From sequence record DRR723986_3469: DNA of 38,981 nt. The stretch is one strand, 5' to 3'. Every line of letters starts with the position of its first letter. The first letter of the stretch is position 1. Shown piece after piece: positions 1-9,078 of the stretch. A program made the position numbers and the translations under genes. A model generated the notes under the pieces. It searched no databases, had not been told where the DNA came from, and saw only the letters and a program-made list of their open reading frames with translations.

Positions 1-45
1 GCAACTGGCTCTTCGGCAACTGGCTCTTCGACAACTGGCTCTTCG
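1..45 (-). repeat. 15-bp tandem repeat, at least 3 copies, encoding EEPV(V/A) within the anti-sigma CDS
   Basis: gcaactggctcttcg gcaactggctcttcg acaactggctcttcg; in frame it reads PEEPVVEEPVAEEPVA; truncated by the window edge. Confidence 0.9.
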
Positions 46-314
46 GGGAAAATCGCGGGTTCGACCGCCTCAGGACGCTGGAAATCAACCTCCGGCAACT
101 GCCCTTCAAAACTCGGCAAACCAGATAGCAGGCCGCGGATCTCCTGCAGCTCAGCCAACTTCGATTTGGCAGACGGGTCGAGGGCCAATCGCTGCAGAAC
201 AGTTGCCCGCTGCTGGGCAGACAGTTCATCATCCAAGAAAGCGGTTAGCCATTCCTCTTGAAACGGCTCCGGCTCGCCCGCTCCTGATGATTGTGGTGGT
301 ACTTTGTTACTCAT
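1..314 (-). CDS. Anti-sigma factor, N-terminal part (runs off the left edge; absent from the ORF track)
   Basis: Manual translation from ATG at 314, which overlaps the sigma stop as ATGA: MSNKVPPQSSGAGEPEPFQEEWLTAFLDDELSAQQRATVLQRLALDPSAKSKLAELQEIRGLLSGLP... The LTAFLDDELS helix matches anti-sigma domain N-termini. The frame is open to position 1. Confidence 0.85.
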   Translation of the reverse strand, partial: MSNKVPPQSSGAGEPEPFQEEWLTAFLDDELSAQQRATVLQRLALDPSAKSKLAELQEIRGLLSGLPSFEGQLPEVDFQRPEAVEPAIFPEEPVVEEPVAEEPV

Positions 315-886
315 GACGTCGTCAGCCCCAACTCGCTGGCCCGAGAACGCAATAGCTGTTTCAGATCCAGCCTGGCACGATGCAGTCGACTACGAACAGT
401 TCCGACGGGGATTTCGAGGACCTCTGAAATCGACTCATAATCCATGTCATCAAAGTCCCTCAACAACAATACGTTTCGTCGATCCTCGTCCAATTGTTCG
501 ATCGCCATCCGTACGCAAGCTTGCGTTTCATTCAATTCCACAGCCGCCTCAGCCCCACCGCCAGAACCGTGCGAATCCAATACCGGTTCCAGGCCTTCCC
601 GCGCGGACTGATTCTCAAGCCGCTTCTTGCGAGTCTCCGACGCCAACAGGTTCATCGCGATTCGTGTCAGCCAGGTATAAAACTGGCTATCGCCGGCAAA
701 CAGATGCAATTTGCGAAATGACCGCGCGAACGCTTCCTGGGTGATATCCTCCGCGAGCTCCCGATTGGAGCACGCGTGCAACAACAGCCCGAAAAGACGT
801 CGCTGGTATCGAGTCACGATTTCGCCGAACGCATCACTGTCGCCGGCTAGCACACGCTGAATGGTATCTTGATCATCATTCAGCAT
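311..886 (-). CDS. ECF (sigma70 group 4, RpoE-like) RNA polymerase sigma factor
   Basis: 191 aa; region 2 AEDITQEAF..F.G.SQFYTWLTRIAMN; region 4 YESISEVLEIPVGTVRSRLHRAR. Confidence 0.95.
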   Translation of the reverse strand: MLNDDQDTIQRVLAGDSDAFGEIVTRYQRRLFGLLLHACSNRELAEDITQEAFARSFRKLHLFAGDSQFYTWLTRIAMNLLASETRKKRLENQSAREGLEPVLDSHGSGGGAEAAVELNETQACVRMAIEQLDEDRRNVLLLRDFDDMDYESISEVLEIPVGTVRSRLHRARLDLKQLLRSRASELGLTTS

Positions 887-920
887 TTCAGGAGCTCAAC
901 ACGTTCTTCTTTGATAGGGG

Positions 921-948
921 TAGACGCTACCTAGCCGCAGCCAGTTCC
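921..948 (-). promoter_or_regulatory. ECF-sigma-type promoter upstream of the sigma gene (probable autoregulation)
   Basis: Minus strand reads GGAACT-N16-CGTCTA, ending 35 nt upstream of the ATG; matches the RpoE-type GAAC...GTCT consensus. Confidence 0.75.
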
Positions 949-1039
949 CAAAGATTCAAGTTAACGTTGAAAAGCTTTCTAATCAATCACTCGACGTCCA
1001 GCCACAAGGCACAGTTTGAAGAATCCAATTCGCGGCGGG

Positions 1040-4000
1040 CTAGATACGACGGCGAACGTGCGGACCGTCCTGACGCATCATCTTGGGTGCGGGAATCCGC
1101 GGCCGCGTCCCTTCCTCTGGAGCCAATCGATATTCGTCTACCGCAGCTTCCGTTTCCGAAGCAGCTTCATTCGCTTCATGCGATTCGCCACCTGCTTCAA
1201 CGTCCGCGACAGCAGCACCATCGGCACCGCTACTTTGCCCCTCGGTTGACTTCTTCCCTTTCTTGCCGATCGTAAAGATCCGCCCTAAAGGACTCGCTAA
1301 GAGAGCTGGCAAGAAGATCAAGTCGCCCACCAATGCAGCTCCCAACAGTGCGATCATCAATTTGCCAAATCGCTGCGTCGGCGTAAACGTACTGAGTGCA
1401 AAGACACACAGCCCCAATCCGCCAATAATGGTCGTCTGAGTCATCGCTGGTGCGACGTGCTTGTAAGCTACGAACAGAGCATCGCGACGATCAAGCCCCT
1501 TTCTCAGCCCGCTTCGGAACCAAGTCAGGAAGTGAATCGTATCGTCGACCGCAACACCCATTGCGACGCTGGCCGTCATCATCGATCCGATGTCAACCAA
1601 AGTGCCGGCGTGCCCCATGATTCCAAAAATGATGACGACAGGAAAAACGTTTGGAATCATCGAAACTGCACCCGAGCCGATCGACTGGAGCAGATTTCGC
1701 GGATGGAAAAAGCCGAGAATGCTATTGGCCGGTGAGAGCAAACACATCATCACGAATGCGATCAACACAAACGCCCAACCGACACTCTCAAAGAGGCTAA
1801 CCAACAGGGTCCGCTGTGCTTTGTAAACAACAGGGACAACGCCTGTGTACACTACATCCATATCTCCAGGATGAGCACTCAGGGCGACGGCACGATCCAT
1901 TGGGCCATGCTCTTTGATTTGTTCCAGATCAATGGATTCGAGAATGTCGTTGGCATCGACAAAGCTCTTCGCCTTGGCCCGAATCGCATCTACGTCAAAC
2001 GCTGGGTCAGCATCCAGCATCACGACGCAGTCGACCATTTCGACCAACTGCATCAGCTTGTCTTCCTTGCCTTCAACCTTGCTTGCTTCGACCCACTTTT
2101 GCGAGCCCGCTGCAATTGTCTGGTTGGTTAAGCAGCTCAACAATGACGAACTGAAGATCTCTTTTCGCAACTCTTCCGGGCTAAGCCCTTCGAAGTCTCG
2201 CAGCTCTTCAACCGACTGCTTTGGCCTAGCTGAACCGAGGACCGCGATGCGTCCAACAAGCCGATCTGTCTTGTCATCCAAGACGTTGTCAATGATCGCC
2301 CGGCGGACGCGATAACTGGCCACAACAGGCTCTACGACTTCGCGAAGCGACGAAACGAATTGCCCATAGTCGACGTCATTCAAGGCCCCTAGCCGAAGGC
2401 TTACCCGCCAGAGCTCAGTTCCCTCTGCCAACGGATCATCTTCAATCGCAAAATAATCTGAGTCGAGCAGATCCTGCAATCCCTTGTCCAGCAAGCGGAC
2501 CGCACCGATGCGAGCTGCATGAACACCGCTACTCACTTCAGGCAGGCTCTTCAGGAAGGTAGTCGGACTCATCCCGCGACCAACGATGTTCTGCCCTTCG
2601 TAACCAAAGCGGTTCTGGAGAACCATCTGAATCTTGTTGACTGCCTCCGCCCGCTCAAGAACATCCAACTGCGCCCGTGCCTGGCGTTGCTCTTCTAAGG
2701 AAAGACTTGATTCATCGTCTATCTCAGTGGGTCGCTGAAGCTCCTTCGGGAACCGAACAACCAACTCCATCGGAACCAGCCGTCCAAAGTTCTTCTCCAG
2801 CCAAGCGTAGTCGCTGATGATCTGCGAATTCTGGTCAAACAACTTGAGCAACTGGACATCCGTCTGAATCTTCGTCAGCCCAATGCCCAACCAGATGAAA
2901 GCTGTAAAACAAGCTGCATTGACAAACCAGTGTCGACGTAGAATGAAGCGTCCAACGGCTTCCCAAAATCGAAGAATGAGACTCTTACCATCGCCGTCGG
3001 TTTTGAGGTCCCGCAATTTGGGCGGGAACATCGTCAGGGCGCTAGGCAGATAGATGTAAAGCAAAACGAGCGTTGCCATAACGCCCATTGCCGAAAAGAT
3101 ACCGAACTTTCGAATCGGCAGGATATTACTCGAACACAGCGAGACCAGCCCAATCGCGGTTGTCAGGGCGGCGAGGGTACAAGGCATGACCGCATGCGAA
3201 ATCGCTCGCTCTGGAGCTCCTTCTGGTCCACTCTCGATAACCGCATCGCGATAGTAATTCACAATGTGAATCGCACCAGCCATGCCGAGGACATAGACAA
3301 GTGAAGGCATCGTTAGCAGGATCGCATCAATCGATGCATCGCACCACCAAACCATACTGAGGCTTGCCATCGCGCTAACACCACCGACGAAGAACACCAT
3401 CATCATCAAGCGGATGCTGCGAAGCAGGATATACGAAAGGCCGAGCCCCAGCGCGAGGGAATAGCCAATCAGCCGAACCAGGGTGATCGTTCCCTCTTCG
3501 TCGATCGCAACGTTGTCGACCGGTGGGCCACCGATATGTAGCATTGGTTCGGCAACTGGCTGAGCTGCAGCGATCCAAGAAAACGGTGGCGGTGCTGTTG
3601 AAGGAACCGGCGGAGGTGTGACGCCACACTGTTCGGCAATTTCGAACAGTCGCCCCTTGGGTTGGCCTAACATACCCCTCCCGATAACACGTCCCAAATT
3701 ACGTCGGGCCGGCTCGGTAAGCGTCAAGACAACGCAAGTCTGTCGCTCAGGTGCAGGAACATATATCTGGTCAAAGAAGTCGTGCCAGACCGCCGACTGA
3801 TTGACTGGGTCAGCGCCCCGCAACTTGGCTAAATCGCCATCATATTGTTCATCCACGGCACGCTGGATCACGCGATCCCAAATGCCTTCCCACCCTTCGG
3901 GCAGTGCCGCAAACTCTTCTTCACTCAGAAGCGATTCAAGATCTTGATTCAACCAGCTAAAGTCGCTGGGAACGGGCGGGCCGAAGAGCGTCCCCGTGAG

Positions 4001-4753
4001 TCGCGCAATGGCTTCACGCTGACCGGCAACTTCATTGGAGGAGACGTGCAGCGGCGACGTTTCATCGCCGGCCAAAGTTTGTACAGTGTCTGGACCTGTT
4101 TCGATGGTCTTAAACAGTGGCGCGGCGAGCAACCGAGGATCCTGCCAAAACGGATTCGGTGCCTCTTTCGTTCCAGGAGCGCCGATTTGAGCGACAAACT
4201 GCCCCTCGAGTCGGAAACTGCCGACAGCTCGAGAGACCGAACGCCACGCTGCACTAACTACGTTGGGATTGCCTTCCCAGCGATACAATCGACCGTCAGG
4301 AGTGATGTAAAAGCTCTTGCCACTTTCATCGCTGAGCCATTTCTCTTTTTTACCGCCCCAATCATAGTTGTCATCTGCGTTGGCAAAGAGCGCGTAGTAT
4401 TCGCCAATCTGCTGGGCTCGGTAGATGTCGGTCGACGGATCAGCGTCCGGACCAAGCTCCTTTTCCGCTCGCAGCTTGCTGACGAACATTCGCAGCCGCT
4501 GGTCGCTTTCTTTGCAGTCGGCCCATGTCGCTACAATGAATTGTTCGCTAACAAATTTGTCAGCGAACCACGCCAGCTCTTCCGTTTCACGAAAGTCGCT
4601 GGGCAGCCAGTCCTTGACGTTATTCTCCGTCTTCTGGACGGCCATTCGGGCGCCACGCCCGCCGAATGGAACGAAGAAGAATACTAGCATCAATAAGACG
4701 AGCGCCGTGGGAACACCCAGAGCCGTCTTTCTAGAATAGAAGCCGTTTGACAT
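1040..4753 (-). CDS. MMPL/RND-family transporter with large extracytoplasmic insertions
   Basis: About 1237 aa from ATG 4753 (alternative TTG 4765); two membrane-helix blocks with RND/MMPL motifs GAIHIVNYY and GVAVDDTIHFL. Confidence 0.9.
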   Translation of the reverse strand: MSNGFYSRKTALGVPTALVLLMLVFFFVPFGGRGARMAVQKTENNVKDWLPSDFRETEELAWFADKFVSEQFIVATWADCKESDQRLRMFVSKLRAEKELGPDADPSTDIYRAQQIGEYYALFANADDNYDWGGKKEKWLSDESGKSFYITPDGRLYRWEGNPNVVSAAWRSVSRAVGSFRLEGQFVAQIGAPGTKEAPNPFWQDPRLLAAPLFKTIETGPDTVQTLAGDETSPLHVSSNEVAGQREAIARLTGTLFGPPVPSDFSWLNQDLESLLSEEEFAALPEGWEGIWDRVIQRAVDEQYDGDLAKLRGADPVNQSAVWHDFFDQIYVPAPERQTCVVLTLTEPARRNLGRVIGRGMLGQPKGRLFEIAEQCGVTPPPVPSTAPPPFSWIAAAQPVAEPMLHIGGPPVDNVAIDEEGTITLVRLIGYSLALGLGLSYILLRSIRLMMMVFFVGGVSAMASLSMVWWCDASIDAILLTMPSLVYVLGMAGAIHIVNYYRDAVIESGPEGAPERAISHAVMPCTLAALTTAIGLVSLCSSNILPIRKFGIFSAMGVMATLVLLYIYLPSALTMFPPKLRDLKTDGDGKSLILRFWEAVGRFILRRHWFVNAACFTAFIWLGIGLTKIQTDVQLLKLFDQNSQIISDYAWLEKNFGRLVPMELVVRFPKELQRPTEIDDESSLSLEEQRQARAQLDVLERAEAVNKIQMVLQNRFGYEGQNIVGRGMSPTTFLKSLPEVSSGVHAARIGAVRLLDKGLQDLLDSDYFAIEDDPLAEGTELWRVSLRLGALNDVDYGQFVSSLREVVEPVVASYRVRRAIIDNVLDDKTDRLVGRIAVLGSARPKQSVEELRDFEGLSPEELRKEIFSSSLLSCLTNQTIAAGSQKWVEASKVEGKEDKLMQLVEMVDCVVMLDADPAFDVDAIRAKAKSFVDANDILESIDLEQIKEHGPMDRAVALSAHPGDMDVVYTGVVPVVYKAQRTLLVSLFESVGWAFVLIAFVMMCLLSPANSILGFFHPRNLLQSIGSGAVSMIPNVFPVVIIFGIMGHAGTLVDIGSMMTASVAMGVAVDDTIHFLTWFRSGLRKGLDRRDALFVAYKHVAPAMTQTTIIGGLGLCVFALSTFTPTQRFGKLMIALLGAALVGDLIFLPALLASPLGRIFTIGKKGKKSTEGQSSGADGAAVADVEAGGESHEANEAASETEAAVDEYRLAPEEGTRPRIPAPKMMRQDGPHVRRRI

Positions 4754-5138
4754 TCTTTGAACCAACCCGAAACACGTCGCATGCTAGCAAGGAATGAAAC
4801 TAGGCTAGCTGACTAGCTTACGGGCGTCCATGTCCTAATTCGCACAGACCCCCACATCTACGATCGGTTGATTTTACAACTGACGATTAGGAAAGATCTG
4901 TGGATCAGCCAAAGCCCGCCGATTACCGCAAAAACCAACTACCAATCGCCGCAGGTTTTGCATGCATTGCAAAGCACCGGAACGGAAGCTTTGAACGTTG
5001 TGGGGCGACGCGAATGAATCACCAATGCGCCGAATTTCCATGGCTTGCTAGCGTTGTTGCGGGCATAACAGGCCGATCGAAAAATTCCGAGCGGCGCAGG
5101 TTCATCTTCAGCTAGCGGAGCAGGGCACGGCTACGCGA

Positions 5139-6500
5139 TCAATCCATCCCCTTGGCTGCCGATATCAACTTAATGAACTCAGCATTGGTCTCAAATCGAC
5201 TCAATTGCTTCGTCAGTTGCTCCATCGCTTCAACAGGATGCATCGTATTGAGCGTCCGCCGCAACATTGTAACTGTGTTGAGCGTTTCGGAATCGTGCAG
5301 CAGTTCTTCACGTCGAGTGCCCGACTGCGTAATGTCGATAGCTGGCCAAACACGGCGGTCGGCCAAACGGCGATCGAGCACCAATTCCATGTTACCAGTA
5401 CCTTTGAACTCCTGGAAAATCAGGTCATCCATTCGGCTACCGGTGTCGACCAACGCGGTGCCCACAATCGTGAGCGAACCGCCTTCGGCGAAGGAACGCG
5501 CGGTTGCAAACAGCTTCTTTGGAATGTCCATCGCTTTGATGTTCACACCACCGCTCATCGTCGGCCCACTGTTGCCAACCCACTTGTTGAAGGCACGAGC
5601 AAGGCGGGTGATCGAATCCATCAGCAAGAAGACATCCTTGCCCATTTCGGCCAGCCGCTTGCAGCGATCGATGACCAACTGGCTGAGACGCACATGGCTG
5701 TCGACGTCCATATCCAAACTGCTGGCGATCACTTCACCATTGAGCACATTTCTGCGCATGTCGGTGACTTCTTCCGGCCGCTCATCAATGAGTAGTACCA
5801 TTAGATGGACGTCTGGATGATTCAGTGCAATGCCGCGGCTGATGTGCTGCAGCATGATGGTTTTACCGCTACGCGGCGGAGCTACGATCAGCGATCGCTG
5901 GCCTTTGCCGAGCGGGGCTAGCAAGTCGATGACGCGGTTGGTCATCGGCTCCTTGCCAGTCTCCAAGTGCAACCACTCGTCAGGGTTCACAGGAGTCATC
6001 GCCTTGTCATCATCGAAGTTCTTCACTTCGACGTATTCTTCAGGCTTGAGGCCATCGACGTCCAAGATCTCACGAACGCGAGGACCTTGCTGGCGACGCG
6101 CTTGCTGCATCATTGCTTTGATGCAAACGCCCTGCCTGAGACCGAACTTTTCGATCATCGTCCCCGGCACGAACGGGTCGGTACGCTCTCGCGAGTAATT
6201 GCTTTCTGAGCTTCTCAGAAAGCCGTACCCATTTGGATGCATCTCAAGGATACCGACGAATTCCAGCAATGGGATTTCACCATTCTCGTCGACTTGTGGT
6301 TCTGGAAACGGCTCATTGTTACCTGAACCTCCACCACCACTTCCGCGGCGACGACGTGTTGGCCGTCGGTTACCACCTCGGGAACGACCGCCTCCACCTC
6401 CACCATTTCCTCCGCCACCGGAAGATCGTGATTGTACGTTTGAGCCGCCACCGCCGTATCCACCACCGGAATTGGAACGGTATCTCTTTTTCTTTGGCAT
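5139..6500 (-). CDS. rho: Transcription termination factor Rho
   Basis: RNA-binding GILEM..GYGFLR; Walker A APPRSGKT; LIDERPEEVTD, DSITRLARA, GGSLTI, EFKGTGNMEL, SGTRREELL. Confidence 0.98.
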   Translation of the reverse strand: MPKKKRYRSNSGGGYGGGGSNVQSRSSGGGGNGGGGGGRSRGGNRRPTRRRRGSGGGGSGNNEPFPEPQVDENGEIPLLEFVGILEMHPNGYGFLRSSESNYSRERTDPFVPGTMIEKFGLRQGVCIKAMMQQARRQQGPRVREILDVDGLKPEEYVEVKNFDDDKAMTPVNPDEWLHLETGKEPMTNRVIDLLAPLGKGQRSLIVAPPRSGKTIMLQHISRGIALNHPDVHLMVLLIDERPEEVTDMRRNVLNGEVIASSLDMDVDSHVRLSQLVIDRCKRLAEMGKDVFLLMDSITRLARAFNKWVGNSGPTMSGGVNIKAMDIPKKLFATARSFAEGGSLTIVGTALVDTGSRMDDLIFQEFKGTGNMELVLDRRLADRRVWPAIDITQSGTRREELLHDSETLNTVTMLRRTLNTMHPVEAMEQLTKQLSRFETNAEFIKLISAAKGMD

Positions 6501-6531
6501 ATGCAGTAAGATCCAGCATTAAAGATAGGTA

Positions 6532-7189
6532 GCCAAACGCCCCAAGTAGCAATTCACTTTGTTGAGCGAAACATCATGCAGTTTAGAGGTCTAACGTTTG
6601 GCGAACCGGGCCATTGGAGTAATCCAACCGCTTGAGGCGTTTCAAGCAGGCGGCGATGCTAGACAAGCACTATTGGCAGATCGTCCGAAACGGCGATTGC
6701 CGAGCTGAACAACTCTCAATGAAGAGCGACAGCGGAGGCTTGCTGAACAAATTAGCAAAGCGACGATTGGAATGCCCTCTCCATCGGGCACGCGACTCCA
6801 CAACAGAATTCGTGTTGAAACAACCGTGATGGATTGCTACTGAAGCAATCAAACCATCACCACAGACGTCCCAGAAGACTTCATCCATAACTCTCAGGTA
6901 ACGCAAAGCTTTCGAGCAAAGCGGCAGTACAAGAGCAGGCTAAATCAACAGAAGCCGCGAAGTGCGAATTCAAGTCAACCAACCTTGGATTTCAGCCATT
7001 CAGAATCGAACAAACAAAACTTCAGCTTGAAGGCAGCTAGATCAAATTTCAGCGTGGCAACGCAAGCCAGACATTGAATTTGATCACTAGGATGACCATG
7101 TCCTGCGAGGTTGTCTCAAGCGAAGAATCAACGCACTTGGTTAATTACTTGAGAAGCAGCATCACTTGATGCTAAGCAGAAAAACTGCT
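6532..7189. ncRNA. Putative large structured RNA (rho 5' leader or independent ncRNA)
   Basis: No credible ORF; about 16 consecutive inverted repeats, e.g. 6532-6602, 6673-6703, 6826-6860, 6966-6992, 7040-7085, 7114-7154, 7158-7173. Strand unresolved. Confidence 0.5.
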
Positions 7190-7217
7190 GAAGATTCCTT
7201 TGAATGAATTGCCAGGA

Positions 7218-7245
7218 ATATTATCTACCAGTCCCAGGGTGTCAA
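7218..7245 (-). promoter_or_regulatory. Sigma70-type promoter pointing toward rho
   Basis: Minus strand TTGACA (7245-7240)-N16-TAATAT (7223-7218) in an AT-rich stretch; same architecture as the nrdJ promoter. Confidence 0.65.
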
Positions 7246-7511
7246 GTGAATCCTGATTAGATAGCAACAATTTCGTTCGTTTTCTCGGAAAAATCCAGTC
7301 AATTGGAAAAAACTGCGAGTTTCCCTTAAGCCGTAAATCTTGCCTGGTCGATTCAACCCGATACGGTCGGCCTTGAGCGTCAAGGCTTGCCCTGCTCGGA
7401 AATACAACCGACCCAATAAACAAATCAATTAGACGCGTGCGGTCGCAGCAGACTACAGCTCAGTGTCACGAGTCGCCGAAACGCCCCACATTCCCAAGGA
7501 AGCTTCGCGGT

Positions 7512-8981
7512 ATGAAATGGATTTCAAACGCAATCTGGCTAGCAATTGCTCTGGCGTGCGGTTCGGTCCTTGCCGACGACGAAATCCGCTGGCAGCAGGA
7601 CCTCATGACTGCCAAGCGCGCCGCGGCTCAATTCAAAGTGCCACTGCTTGTTCACTTCTACGGTGACAACTGCTTACCATGCACCATGCTAGAGCAGCGT
7701 GTCTACTCGCAGAAAGACACCATCGAAACACTGAACAAGTACTTCATCTGCGCCAAAGTGAATGCGACACGCAACCCAGCTTTGGCCGCCCAGTACAACG
7801 TGCATCGTTGGCCAACAGACGTCTTTCTTGCGCCTGACGGATCTCTGCTACACCAAGATGTTTCTAAGCAGGATGTAAACAGCTACCTCGGTGTGCTCCA
7901 CAGCGTGGCCGTCGCCAATCGTGACCGCAATGTCGCCGTTGCCGCCGCAAAAGATGTCAACGCTTCACCGAGCACGCAAGTCGCCTTCGACCAAAGCAAC
8001 TCGGCGTCAACACCAGCAGGCATGGGACAACTCGGCAGCAATACTCAGCCACAATCTGGCGGTAGCACGTTCTACGCAAACCAAACTGCGATGAATCGCG
8101 ATGCATCGAAGCCCACTGGCGTACTCGCTGGACCAACGGGATTTGAAAACCGCCCAAGTCCAACCCAATCGGCCACTTCGCGAGAATCGACGATGATCGC
8201 GGGGACCTACCACCCTTCGCAAGAACACGCCACTGCGCTAGCGCAGCAGCCAACCGGCCAGCTCCCAGCTCGCCAACCTCCTGCCGGAACACTCACCGGT
8301 CAGGCTCAGCGTGTCGGCACCGGTCCGTCGACCTCCCTGGCAGGCTACCAGGCTATGCCAACCAGCGAGAGCGGTGACAACTCGAACGTGCCCGCGATGC
8401 TCGCTTCGTCACACGGTTCAGCCGCCACACAAGGCATGGGCACGAGCAGCACCGGTACAACCGTCGAAAATCCGTACTGCGGAGTAGACGGCGCCTCCTG
8501 CCTCGTGGGTGAAGAAGAGCCACAACTCACCGCCGAACAGCGCGACTCACGAATCGCCGAGAAAGCTGCGGCTGCCGTACAAGCGGCAAGTGCTTCGGAG
8601 CCACAGCAACCAACCTTTGATGGCTACTGTGTCATCGCTGCCAAGCAAGGAAATTGGATCCCAGGAAAGCCGGAGCTTGCCGTCAAGCACCGCGGGAAAG
8701 TCTACTGGTTCAGCGATTTGGAATCTCAACAACGATTCCTGGCAGCACCCGACAAGTGTGCACCACTGCTATCCGGGTATGACCCTTACATCTTCCTGAC
8801 GCAGGGGCGATTCGTGCCCGGCTCAATCCAGCACACGCTGCATGAACGCTTGAGCGACCAACTGTTCCTATTCTCAAGCGAAGAAAGCAAGAACGCTTAC
8901 TTCCCTCAGAGAGATGAAGCGACCTTCGAGCGCAACACTGCTGCGATCGTTGAGATCATTCGCCGCAGCCAAAATCGCTAG
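7512..8981 (+). CDS. Secreted thioredoxin-like (CLPC) protein with a low-complexity linker and C-terminal YHS-like domains
   Basis: Signal peptide MKWISNAIWLAIALACGSVLA (ATG 7512 preferred over GTG 7437); PLLVHFYGDNCLPC; WPT cis-Pro loop; DGYCV...HRGKVYWFSDLESQQRFLAAP. Confidence 0.85.
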   Translation: MKWISNAIWLAIALACGSVLADDEIRWQQDLMTAKRAAAQFKVPLLVHFYGDNCLPCTMLEQRVYSQKDTIETLNKYFICAKVNATRNPALAAQYNVHRWPTDVFLAPDGSLLHQDVSKQDVNSYLGVLHSVAVANRDRNVAVAAAKDVNASPSTQVAFDQSNSASTPAGMGQLGSNTQPQSGGSTFYANQTAMNRDASKPTGVLAGPTGFENRPSPTQSATSRESTMIAGTYHPSQEHATALAQQPTGQLPARQPPAGTLTGQAQRVGTGPSTSLAGYQAMPTSESGDNSNVPAMLASSHGSAATQGMGTSSTGTTVENPYCGVDGASCLVGEEEPQLTAEQRDSRIAEKAAAAVQAASASEPQQPTFDGYCVIAAKQGNWIPGKPELAVKHRGKVYWFSDLESQQRFLAAPDKCAPLLSGYDPYIFLTQGRFVPGSIQHTLHERLSDQLFLFSSEESKNAYFPQRDEATFERNTAAIVEIIRRSQNR

Positions 8982-9078
8982 TTCGCGAAACACACTCGCA
9001 ACGCAGACTCAGTCTGCAGCTCGCAAATCGAGCCAACGCATTACTTGCCGCCATTGACTGCAAGAGAACCTTCAAGAC

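Noticed and set aside
1-45. 15-bp direct repeats as a CRISPR array
   Set aside because: No spacers; the unit is a multiple of 3 and encodes EEPVA inside a CDS; no cas genes in the window.
3845-4687. 280-aa + strand ORF and similar long ORFs (5152-5820, 15543-16214, 21419-22027, 35601-36296)
   Set aside because: Antisense shadows of well-supported genes, with no recognisable motifs.
6632-6906. 65-aa (+) and 78-aa (-) ORFs upstream of rho
   Set aside because: TTG starts, no protein-like motifs, and they lie within the hairpin-dense block.
6532-7189. Known RNAs (tmRNA, RNase P, tRNA, group I/II intron) as the identity of the structured block
   Set aside because: I could not find their hallmark sequences (tRNA-like ends with a T-loop, GAGGAAAGUCC, intron domain V) on either strand; a cmscan is still needed.
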